From assembly GCA_016283195.1 (NCBI GenBank), contig JAEEML010000069.1, positions 1 through 37,609 on the forward strand: a DNA stretch of 37,609 nucleotides, given 5' to 3'. The notes below the pieces were generated by a model. It did no database searches, had not been told where the DNA came from, and was given only the letters and a program-made list of their open reading frames with translations. The first letter of the stretch is position 1. Each line of letters opens with the position of its first letter. Positions 29,362 to 37,608 of the stretch are shown here, one piece after another. This stretch comes from Deltaproteobacteria bacterium. Lineage in GTDB: Bacteria; JAEEML01. A program made the translations under genes and the position numbers.

Positions 29362-30459
29362 TTAGCCCTTTCTCAGATTCTTTACCAAGGCGTAACTGGT
29401 GGTAAAAACAATAAAAATCATATTTGGTAACCACATGGCCAGCCAAGCTGGCATATCGCCGCGAATGGCCGCCAGCTCGCCGGTGCGCATAATATAGTAG
29501 TAAATGCCGACGACGGCCACGCCGATAATGAGCCCCTTGGCCAAGCTGTTTCTTTGACGGCTACTGGCTAAAAGAGCGCCCAAAAGTGAAAAGATGATGC
29601 CAGCTAGAGGCAAGGCCAGTTTTTTATGAAAAGCGGTGAGATAGCGCTGACGCGTGCGGTTTGATAGGTTGGTATCGGCCGCCGCTTTGGTGAGTTCTCC
29701 GAGCGTCATGCCCTGACGCTCTACAAAAAGCCCTTCGCCTTTGCCGGAAAGTTTGCCCAAATCCAAGCGGTAATCATTGGTTCTGTAGGCCACTTTGGTG
29801 AGCTTTTCATCTTGCCCCAAATATACTGCTCCCTGGCTTAAATGAAAGAGTATGGCTGAGCTGTCCGAGAGGGGGAGAAGCTGGCCTTTTTGGGCGGTGA
29901 CGGCCAAAATACCTTCGCTGTTACGAGTATCGACAAAGAGTAATTTTTCTAAAGTGGAATTGGTAGAACGCCCGCCGGTATAGAGCATAATGCCCGGCAG
30001 CCAATTATAAAAAGTGTCCGGTCTTATTTCGCGGCTTAAACTCTCTTTAACCGAATCGGAAAGCAGTTTTTGCAGCGAGCGAATGCCCCATGGTTCGCCG
30101 TAAACCGAAAAGAAGAGCGAAGCTGTGCTCACCAGGAGACCAAAAAAAAGCGGAGTAAACAAAAGGCGGCTAAACGGATAGCCGGCGGCAGCGAAAGCTG
30201 TAATTTCTCCATCGGCAGCCAGGCGCCCATAAGCTAAAATGGCGGCGAGAAGTACCGCAAGCGGTAAAATCATACTCATAGCCGGGGCAAAGGAGTAACA
30301 AATGGCTTTTAAAATAGCCATAGCACTAAGGCCCATGGCCGAAAATTGCTCTGCCAGCTTGAGCATTTGGCCAAATACCATGAGTACGGTGAGAAAGAGT
30401 ATGGTGCGAAAAAAGGGCAAAAGCATTTCTTTTAAGAGATAACGATCGAGAGTTTTCAC
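29362..30459 (-). CDS. lptF: LPS export permease LptF (LptF/LptG family)
   Basis: LDRYLLKE, YGRLAADGEITAFAAAG, HKKLALP and AMWLPN. Confidence 0.9.
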   Translation of the reverse strand: MKTLDRYLLKEMLLPFFRTILFLTVLMVFGQMLKLAEQFSAMGLSAMAILKAICYSFAPAMSMILPLAVLLAAILAYGRLAADGEITAFAAAGYPFSRLLFTPLFFGLLVSTASLFFSVYGEPWGIRSLQKLLSDSVKESLSREIRPDTFYNWLPGIMLYTGGRSTNSTLEKLLFVDTRNSEGILAVTAQKGQLLPLSDSSAILFHLSQGAVYLGQDEKLTKVAYRTNDYRLDLGKLSGKGEGLFVERQGMTLGELTKAAADTNLSNRTRQRYLTAFHKKLALPLAGIIFSLLGALLASSRQRNSLAKGLIIGVAVVGIYYYIMRTGELAAIRGDMPAWLAMWLPNMIFIVFTTSYALVKNLRKG

Positions 30460-30542
30460 TAAAATACAGCCCTGAAAAAGCCAGCCACGGCTTTTTATCT
30501 ATTTATTACCTAAGAGGGAGAGTGACTTTAAACATTAGTTTT

Positions 30543-31145
30543 TTACATATAGAACATAAAAGTTATGCTGGGAAAGAGGCCAAAAGCCTGTTTGTCGTTA
30601 TAAACAATAACCCACTCGCCATCTATGGCTACTTGAATGGACATATTGCGTTTATAGACAAATTCCACGCCGGGAGTAAGGCTTAAAGAGCCAAGGTTGC
30701 GGTGTTTTAAATAAACATCGGCAGCAGCGGCTACGCTAGCTTTTTTATCATCAGTAAAGTAAAAGATACGGTTATAAGTACCGCCGAGTTGGATAAATGG
30801 CCTGATGCGGTCGGTCAAAATGACGTAGCGAATACCGAGGCCGGCGCGTAGCATCATGAGGACACCCAGTTGCTCGCGCACGAGCGGATCGCGATGAGCG
30901 GTAAAGCCAACATGCAATTTTACACCAAACCACCAGTGGTCATGGCCCATCTTAAAGAGCGACTCGCCGCCTATGGCTCCACTGGGGAAAAATTGTAAAC
31001 TGGGCACATCTTTGCTGGCGAAAATGGAGTGTGAGGCCACACCAAGGCCAAACATGGTATTTTTGTATTGGGCCTTAGCCTCGCCGGTAAAGATGAAAAA
31101 CATAGCGATAATAGTGATAACAGCGGTTAAAAAAGAGCGTTTCAT
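30543..31145 (-). CDS. Putative outer-membrane beta-barrel protein
   Basis: ATG 31145 behind AAGGAG, signal ending AKA, GLGIRY..TDRIRPF, PGVEF and terminal ITFMFYM. Confidence 0.7.
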   Translation of the reverse strand: MKRSFLTAVITIIAMFFIFTGEAKAQYKNTMFGLGVASHSIFASKDVPSLQFFPSGAIGGESLFKMGHDHWWFGVKLHVGFTAHRDPLVREQLGVLMMLRAGLGIRYVILTDRIRPFIQLGGTYNRIFYFTDDKKASVAAAADVYLKHRNLGSLSLTPGVEFVYKRNMSIQVAIDGEWVIVYNDKQAFGLFPSITFMFYM

Positions 31146-31314
31146 AGTCTTCTCCTTTGTGCGGGCCATCTTGGAGCGCCGGGTACAAGGCCGACTTTCC
31201 AGCAGCGTGAAAATGATATTACATGGTTTTATACTTTGGGTAAAGTTCAAAGGCTTTAATCTTTAACAAATATCTGCTAAGTAGGTTTTGGCTCTTAGCC
31301 GGTGAGGAGTTGAT

Positions 31315-31863
31315 ATGTCTTTTAATTTTCAGAAAACAGCCATAAAAGAGGTGATTTTGGTCACCCCGCAGCTTTTTGGCGATGACCGCGGCTTTTTTAT
31401 GGAGACATTTAAGGAATCGGCCTTTAAAGAGGCGGGAATAAGCGGCCCCTTTGTACAGGATAACCATTCGCGCTCAGCCAAAAACGTTCTTAGAGGGCTG
31501 CATTATCAAAAAGAGCCATTTGCGCAGGCCAAATTGGTGCGGGTGGCTGAGGGGGCCATTTTTGATGTGGCGGTGGATATTCGCCCGGCTTCACCCACTT
31601 TTTTGCAGTGGGTGGGGGTGGAACTGAGTGCGGAAAATCGCCGCCAACTCTATATCCCGGCCGGTTTTGCTCACGGCTTTTTAACACTTTCGGAAAGTGC
31701 CGATTTAATCTACAAGGTAACAAATGAATATCACCCGGAGGCCGATGCGGGGATAATTTGGAATGATGCTGACATTGGCATTAAGTGGCCGCTTGCCGGC
31801 CGGCCAATACTTTCGGCCAAAGATGAAAAGCAGCCTGCAGCTAAAAATGCGCTCGGATTTTAA
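31315..31863 (+). CDS. rfbC: dTDP-4-dehydrorhamnose 3,5-epimerase
   Basis: FGDDRGFFME, FVQDNHSRS, LRGLHYQ, DVAVDIR and PAGFAHGF. Confidence 0.97.
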   Translation: MSFNFQKTAIKEVILVTPQLFGDDRGFFMETFKESAFKEAGISGPFVQDNHSRSAKNVLRGLHYQKEPFAQAKLVRVAEGAIFDVAVDIRPASPTFLQWVGVELSAENRRQLYIPAGFAHGFLTLSESADLIYKVTNEYHPEADAGIIWNDADIGIKWPLAGRPILSAKDEKQPAAKNALGF

Positions 31864-31911
31864 CTTACTTCCAGCTTTTTGACATGTCCATTAAAAAAAT
31901 GTTAAAAATTG

Positions 31912-31940
31912 TTGCAAATGGTTTTTACTTGGTATATAAG
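31912..31940 (+). promoter_or_regulatory. Putative sigma-70 promoter of the Cys-rich lipoprotein gene
   Basis: TTGCAA-N17-TATAAG, followed by a 5'-UTR hairpin TTGCGGGT-N7-ACCCGCAA (31952-31974). Confidence 0.5.
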
Positions 31941-32008
31941 GCCGACAGAATTTGCGGGTACGGTTCACCCGCAATAAAATTTAACAACCTTATATAGGAG
32001 ATAAAAAA

Positions 32009-32842
32009 ATGAAAAAGAACCTTTTTTTAGTCATGGGACTCATGGCTGCCCTGAATTTAGCCGCTTGTAAACACGAAGACGAAAAACCAGAAGACAATAA
32101 CAAACCTGAGGCTATTAAAGCCTGCTCAGAAATTAGCGCAGATGACGTTAAAAACTCATGCGTGAAATGCTCTGTTGAAACGAAAAACTTCCTGGTTTGC
32201 GGTACCTGTACTGCTGCCGATGCTGCGACCGATAGCGCTAATTATGTGAAGCGTCAATGTGTGGCCTCTGTTGAAGGCGCCAAAGAGTTTGCTCAAACTC
32301 TCACCTGTGAGCTCGTGGTGAGTAACAAGTATTTTTATGTTGAATACAAGAGCACAAGCTGTACAACTACCGAAGTTTGTAACAAACAAAAAGGTATTTG
32401 CGAAGAAGATGCCAGCCTTTTGGGCCCCTGCGCCAGCCCCACTTATTCCTGTGACGGCTCTTCTATGATTATTGATTATCCTGATGCCTGCACCGATTTT
32501 GCGGATGACGCTGTTGATTGTTCCAACCTCGGCGGATGTGTCGGTACTACCGATGCCGAATGTCTCTTCTTAAAGAAAGATAACGTTTGTCAACACAAGT
32601 CTGTAAGAGCCGGTACCGCCAAATGCACCAAAACCGTTACCGGTACACAAGTGGCTTCCAACAAATACTATGATCCTGATTGCCCGGCCGATGATATTAT
32701 TTGCAAGGCTAATGAAGACTGCGTTACCGATGCTGAGAATCTCGATGCTATTTGCAAGGTAGCTGATGCTAGCAGTGATAGTGATGCCAATAGCGACGAC
32801 TCCAATTCCGATGCCGATACCGATGTTGATGACCGCACTTGA
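32009..32842 (+). CDS. Cys-rich lipoprotein of unknown function
   Basis: RBS AGGAG, lipobox LAAC, 22 further Cys and an acidic Asp/Ser tail. Confidence 0.8.
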   Translation: MKKNLFLVMGLMAALNLAACKHEDEKPEDNNKPEAIKACSEISADDVKNSCVKCSVETKNFLVCGTCTAADAATDSANYVKRQCVASVEGAKEFAQTLTCELVVSNKYFYVEYKSTSCTTTEVCNKQKGICEEDASLLGPCASPTYSCDGSSMIIDYPDACTDFADDAVDCSNLGGCVGTTDAECLFLKKDNVCQHKSVRAGTAKCTKTVTGTQVASNKYYDPDCPADDIICKANEDCVTDAENLDAICKVADASSDSDANSDDSNSDADTDVDDRT

Positions 32843-32876
32843 TAGTCAAAACTAAGCGCAGGTTATAGCCAGCTAG

Positions 32877-32906
32877 AAGGGCCCCGAAAGGGGCCCTTTT
32901 TTTTTT
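32877..32906 (+). terminator. Rho-independent terminator
   Basis: AAGGGCCCC-GAAA-GGGGCCCTT followed by a long T run. Confidence 0.92.
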
Positions 32907-32947
32907 GCCTTTTTCCAATTGTGTTGACATTTGTTCCAAAATTGTTT

Positions 32948-33016
32948 CGGGCATTGTAGCGGCGTAAAATTGCAGAAATTGTAGAGGCGTAAAATATTAC
33001 GCCTCTACAATGCCCG
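32948..33016. repeat. GTAG-type REP-like palindrome with a duplicated arm
   Basis: Perfect 15-bp inverted repeat attgtagaggcgtaa (32978-32992) / ttacgcctctacaat (32997-33011), plus a second left arm at 32948-32967. Confidence 0.7.
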
Positions 33017-34024
33017 CACAGTCACTACAGTACCATCATTTTGCGGCCTGGCTGCGACATGGCCCGGGGCAAAAGCCTCAGCCAGATTGAGGAGAACTTG
33101 ACATTCTTGAGAGAGGGGAGGAGCCAAAAATTCGCCGCCTCCAAGAGCTAACATGGGAATAATCAGCTGATAAGTGAGTTTTTCCGAAACGGGAAAAACA
33201 CTTTGCATATATTCTATAAGTTCGGCAGTGGCATCCTCGGCTACTTTTTCGGCCCGCACACCGCGCTGGCCCACTCCTGAAACCAGCATATTAAGGTTTT
33301 CATAATAGAGAGCCAGATTGATGACATTGCCTGTTGTTGGCGAATTATCAAACACAATATGGCACTCTTTGGCCGGCCAGCCCAGGCGACTATGGGCCAC
33401 GGCTAATTCACGCTCGGCGATATGGCCCGGCAAATTGGCATTAATAACTGTTAGTTTGCGCTTTATAAGAGCGCCGCGCTCCAGAAGTTTTAGCGGCTTA
33501 TGCTGTACTGCCGGGTGAATATCCAGCTGAATTTTACCGCCACCGACGGGATAAAAACCACGTTGCCCGGTATGAAAATCATAATGGCCGCCCATTTGGC
33601 TCAAAAGTGGAAAATAACATTCGGCTAAATAGTCCACTGTGGGCATACCGGCCAAATGGGTTACTCCTTGCAGTTTTAATAATGAAGGGCTTTTTTGCCG
33701 GGCCAGAGCTGGAAAAACAGTGGTGAGAGTCTGGCCTATATTATTGGAATTCTGGCTGGTGAACATAACAAGGCCGCTTTTTATTTCTCCGGGGGTAAAG
33801 GTGAGACTGTCCTGCCCGATGGCCCCACCTATTATGGCGGCATTGCTTATATCGGCCGCAGCCTTTATTAAGGCGGCATCAGCGGAGGAAAAGCCGCTTT
33901 GACCGCCGACTTTATAATCACTAAAGTTAAATGCCCGGCCGGTGACAAGTGACAAGGCTAGGGCAGAGCTTAAGCACCAGGAGTCAGCCTGAAACAAAGC
34001 GCTGTTTATAGTAATTTCGGCCAT
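33005..34024 (-). CDS. rtcA: RNA 3'-terminal phosphate cyclase (RtcA)-like protein, active site degenerate
   Basis: Full length (339 aa), with SALALS..TG, FTPG, RGFYPVGGG, LPGHIAERE, GVRAEKVA and QLIIPM..GGGEF all colinear with RtcA. The catalytic motifs are altered. Confidence 0.85.
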   Translation of the reverse strand: MAEITINSALFQADSWCLSSALALSLVTGRAFNFSDYKVGGQSGFSSADAALIKAAADISNAAIIGGAIGQDSLTFTPGEIKSGLVMFTSQNSNNIGQTLTTVFPALARQKSPSLLKLQGVTHLAGMPTVDYLAECYFPLLSQMGGHYDFHTGQRGFYPVGGGKIQLDIHPAVQHKPLKLLERGALIKRKLTVINANLPGHIAERELAVAHSRLGWPAKECHIVFDNSPTTGNVINLALYYENLNMLVSGVGQRGVRAEKVAEDATAELIEYMQSVFPVSEKLTYQLIIPMLALGGGEFLAPPLSQECQVLLNLAEAFAPGHVAARPQNDGTVVTVRAL

Positions 34025-34159
34025 TATTTGCTGTTCTCCTCATATTGTTCGGTTATTGCCTTAACCAAACAATGGCGGCTTTTATCATGCAAGGCGCGCT
34101 ATGGCTACTTAAATATGCAGAAAAATATTGGTGCCATGAAAAACAAATAATTTTTTCCC

Positions 34160-34188
34160 TTGACAAGCCCTGGCCACTATTGTAGAAG
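34160..34188 (+). promoter_or_regulatory. Sigma-70 promoter of tRNA-His
   Basis: TTGACA-N17-TAGAAG preceded by an AT-rich tract, ending 14 bp before tRNA position 1. Confidence 0.55.
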
Positions 34189-34202
34189 CTTTTTCGCTCG
34201 GT

Positions 34203-34278
34203 GCTGCCTTAGCTCAGCTGGTAGAGCGCCTGACTGTGGCTCAGGAGGTCGTAGGTTCGAAGCCTGCAGGCAGTACCA
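34203..34278 (+). tRNA. tRNA-His (GTG), non-canonical acceptor end
   Basis: Hand-folded cloverleaf: acceptor GCTGCCT/AGGCAGT, D-arm GCTC/GAGC, anticodon stem CCTGA/TCAGG with loop CT-GTG-GC, T-arm GTAGG-TTCGAAG-CCTGC, A73 and encoded CCA. Confidence 0.95.
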
Positions 34279-34348
34279 CTTCTTTTTTTCCCCTACAATT
34301 ATTTTCTTCTTTAAAAGAGGCTGCTTAGACGTGAGTGGCTTTTTCGGT

Positions 34349-36013
34349 TTAGAGCTCAAAGAAGATGTATTTTAGAGCTTCCAGCATATCGGGAGTGGAT
34401 TGGTCAAGGCTTTTAATGGTGATACTGCTGTGGACAACGGTGCCTCCATTTTCATGGGGCTTAAAACTCACGAGGAGAGCCGCATTGCTCAGATTGTTGC
34501 CGTTAGTTAAGGGCGCATCGCCTTTTATCCAGACGGTGGTTTTTGCAGGTTGGGAACTCTCCATGACTGCCCAGTTGCTATTATTATAATTCATCTTGAT
34601 GGCTTTTGTGGTTTCCCCGGCGGCTGCTCCAAGAGCTGCGGCTAAGGGTGCTTTAATAGCTTGGGCGTCGTAGCCATGGCCTGTGCCGCCTTGATTAGCA
34701 CTGTTTCCATTTTTGTCTCCGGAGGGAACATCTTCACTGCCCACCCAATCGATATAGCCCCGCAGGCTGATACGCAAGATTTCATAAGCATAGTCAGAGG
34801 CGTAAATAGAGCCGCCGCCTTGCAAGTAGAGGTTAATATTAGCGGCAACAGAGCTGTTGGCTCCATCGAGGCGCTGAAAAGCCGAGCTGTTAAAGATGAT
34901 TATATCAAAGTCTTGCATCCAAGCGAGATTGCCCAAAAATGTATCGGTAATATAATGCTGATCCTGATTTCGGCCGTCTATCACGGTAACGTTGCCGCTT
35001 GGATTAAGTATTGGCGGCAGGTTGCGGTCGTCGCCATGGTTATATTTTTGGTAAATATCGAATTTCAAAGCCGGTAATACATTTTCTTCAAATTTATCAT
35101 GGTAGCCGGTGACGACGGCAATTTTAATTTTGCTGGTATCTACACATTTTGGAGTGTCAAGTGGGGTTTCCACATTGGCGTTTACTTTGGCGGTAAAAGA
35201 GGTACTGTAGCGGTTATGCTTGGCATGGACGGTAATACTTTCGCCGACGGGAATACCTCTTAAGATGAATTTGCCCTGGGCGCCGGTTTCTGCCGATTGA
35301 TAAAAATTGCCCATTTCTACGAAAACCTGAGAGCCGGCCAGCATATAATTATCACTCTCTCCGTCGTAATATGAACAAATTTGTCCTGTAATATCGCCAT
35401 GTTGTACTGGCTCGCAGGCCTCTTCGCCAATAATAATTTCCTGGCCCTCGGCGACGGTGACATTATAATCTTTTTCGTAATCTTTGTTTTTCACATGAAT
35501 AACTCGCTCGCCTCTGGGAGCCTCAAAAGAAAATTTGCCTTCGCCATCGGTGGTGGTAGTAAGTTTGCCGGCTTTGGTGCTCACCGACACCTCTCCACCG
35601 TTGACCCAAAGGCCGGTGCGCTCATCACATAGGCGCCCTTTGACGGTGCCGGTAGGTTCTACACACTCCGGCCATTCCACGCTTTTTTTGACATTTTCGT
35701 CAACCTTGATTTCGCGGGTGTCGTTAAAACCGTCGGTGGTATAAGTTACGGTGTAATCCGAGGCGGCAATGTGTTCCACCACATAGTAGCCGGATTCAGC
35801 AGCTTTTACGGTTACCGGGGCAAAGCAGTTACCTCTGATGGTTTTTGGGGTAAATGTTACTGTGGCATTGGGTACAAAATTTTCACTGGCGGCATTGCAA
35901 ACATGGCCTCTTACCGAGCCGCTTCCCGGGCAGATGACATATTCTTCTTCTTCGCAGGCAGCAGTGCAGAGAGCCAGAGAGGCTACAAACAAAAAGCGAT
36001 GGGAAAAACGCAT
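34349..36013 (-). CDS. Lipoprotein with three carboxypeptidase-regulatory-like (Cna-B/prealbumin fold) repeats and a C-terminal GATase-like domain
   Basis: Lipobox CTAAC, three G.(V/I).G..C...T..xGxF repeats, then KIAVVTG..D, FDIIIFNS and GGSIYASDYAY. Confidence 0.7.
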   Translation of the reverse strand: MRFSHRFLFVASLALCTAACEEEEYVICPGSGSVRGHVCNAASENFVPNATVTFTPKTIRGNCFAPVTVKAAESGYYVVEHIAASDYTVTYTTDGFNDTREIKVDENVKKSVEWPECVEPTGTVKGRLCDERTGLWVNGGEVSVSTKAGKLTTTTDGEGKFSFEAPRGERVIHVKNKDYEKDYNVTVAEGQEIIIGEEACEPVQHGDITGQICSYYDGESDNYMLAGSQVFVEMGNFYQSAETGAQGKFILRGIPVGESITVHAKHNRYSTSFTAKVNANVETPLDTPKCVDTSKIKIAVVTGYHDKFEENVLPALKFDIYQKYNHGDDRNLPPILNPSGNVTVIDGRNQDQHYITDTFLGNLAWMQDFDIIIFNSSAFQRLDGANSSVAANINLYLQGGGSIYASDYAYEILRISLRGYIDWVGSEDVPSGDKNGNSANQGGTGHGYDAQAIKAPLAAALGAAAGETTKAIKMNYNNSNWAVMESSQPAKTTVWIKGDAPLTNGNNLSNAALLVSFKPHENGGTVVHSSITIKSLDQSTPDMLEALKYIFFEL

Positions 36014-36129
36014 GGCATATCCTCTTGGTAAACAGGGCAGGGCCCTAAAAGTCTGGCTGACATTATAGGAGAAAAGGCCGTAAAAAGCGATTAATATTTA
36101 TTTGTCACGTTAGGCGCTTTTTCTGACAC

Positions 36130-36158
36130 TTGCCAAGTGTCCGCGCTTTTAGTACTAT
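36130..36158 (+). promoter_or_regulatory. Sigma-70 promoter of ndk
   Basis: TTGCCA-N17-TACTAT. Confidence 0.55.
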
Positions 36159-36213
36159 GCGCCGGATTTTAGCCGACACAGCGTCGGCTCGATATAACGA
36201 TAGAGGAATAAAA

Positions 36214-36633
36214 ATGGAACGTACACTCTGCTTAGTTAAACCCAATGCCACAGCCAAAAACCACATTGGCGAGATTATCGCCCGTTTTGAAAAGAAGGGG
36301 CTTGCCGTGCGCGGGCTTAAAATGCTGCGCCTAACCAAAACCCAGGCCGAAGCCTTTTATGCCGTGCATCATGGTAAGCCATTTTTTGCCGATTTGGTTG
36401 ATTTTATGACTTCCGGTACTATTGTGGCCATGCTGCTCGAGGGGGATAACGCCGTTAAACTGGCCCGTGAGACTATGGGCGCTACCGATCCGGCCAAAGC
36501 GGCGGAAGGTACTATCCGCAAAGATTTTGCCGACAGCATGACCGCCAATGCCGTCCACGGCAGCGACAGCCCGGAAAATGCCGCTATTGAAGGCGCTTTC
36601 TTCTTCTCTAAAGCCGAAGTAACGCTGCTGTGA
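36214..36633 (+). CDS. ndk: Nucleoside-diphosphate kinase
   Basis: MERTLCLVKPNA, HHGKPFF, MGATDP..A.GTIR and NAVHGSDS. ATG 36214 lies behind GAGGA. Confidence 0.97.
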   Translation: MERTLCLVKPNATAKNHIGEIIARFEKKGLAVRGLKMLRLTKTQAEAFYAVHHGKPFFADLVDFMTSGTIVAMLLEGDNAVKLARETMGATDPAKAAEGTIRKDFADSMTANAVHGSDSPENAAIEGAFFFSKAEVTLL

Positions 36634-37044
36634 CCAATGCCTAATGGTATTTTGCTTTAGGCCATGTTACTTTAGCAACCGGTAACTTATAAATTTCTAA
36701 ACCTCAATATTTTGTGCGGCACTGCCTAAGAGCTCAAAGCGTAGGCGATTGTATTGGCAATATTGGCCGCCAATTTCCGCTAGCCACTTCCTGAAAGTTA
36801 TGCTAAAGCCAGCCCGACCTCTCCTCCTAAGTTATTGAATTTTTAGCTAAATCGCTCCTTCTTGCTGCAGAAAGTGGCCTAACTCAATGAATTTACAAAT
36901 ATTTTGCGCGGTGAGGCCAGTAAGACAAAAAAGGGGGCTTTCGCCTCGATTCCATAACAAATATGTTCCAAATTTCCCTTGCCATTTTCCATAAAGCCAT
37001 GTTAAAGGCTGGCCATAATTTAAAAAAGCCACCAGGAGATTATT

Positions 37045-37608
37045 ATGGCTAATGAAGAAGAATATTTGGCAGAAGAAGAAATTATCCACCTCACACCTGA
37101 AGAACGCGCTACTATTAAGGTAACCAATGATTATGTCTTTCGCTGCCTTTTTGGCGACAGCAAAAACGAGAGCCTTTTACTTTCGCTCATAAATGCCGTC
37201 CAGCGTGACAGTCATCAGCCGGAAGTGCGCTCGGTTAGCGTTACAACTCCTTTTAATTACAAGAAAACTTTTGATGATAAAGAATCGATAACCGATGTAA
37301 AAGCGGTGACTGCCGATGGAGAGATTTTTGACATAGAGATGCAGGTGCTCAAAGAAGGCGATTATATAAAGCGCACACTTTACTATGCCGAGCACAATAT
37401 CAGCTCGCAGCTTAAAAAAGGCGATCATTATTCCATTATTCATCCGGTAATCGGCATAAATGTGCTGGCCTTTAATCTCTTTACCGAGGATACCCGCCCG
37501 CACCATTTTGGGCAGATAATGGAAATAGAAAGCAAAAAAGTTTTGACCCATGACTTGGGCCTCCATTTTCTGGAGCTCACAAAGTTAAAAGAATATGATA
37601 AAATAGAC
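37045..37608 (+). CDS. Rpn-family recombination-promoting nuclease/putative transposase (PD-(D/E)XK_2), runs off the window
   Basis: Missing from the ORF track. Hand translation MANEEEY...TNDYVFRCLFG...LLLSLINAV...ITDVKA...DIEMQ...KRTLYY...GDHY...HFLELTK, with RBS AGGAG. Confidence 0.9.
   Translation, partial: MANEEEYLAEEEIIHLTPEERATIKVTNDYVFRCLFGDSKNESLLLSLINAVQRDSHQPEVRSVSVTTPFNYKKTFDDKESITDVKAVTADGEIFDIEMQVLKEGDYIKRTLYYAEHNISSQLKKGDHYSIIHPVIGINVLAFNLFTEDTRPHHFGQIMEIESKKVLTHDLGLHFLELTKLKEYDKID

Noticed and set aside
36697-36830. Short minus-strand open stretch (RKWLAEIGGQYCQY...) near an AGGAGG
   Set aside because: There is no in-frame ATG at a usable distance from the AGGAGG and no recognisable homology.
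37177-37566. 129-aa minus-strand ORF in the track
   Set aside because: It is the antisense shadow of the plus-strand Rpn gene.
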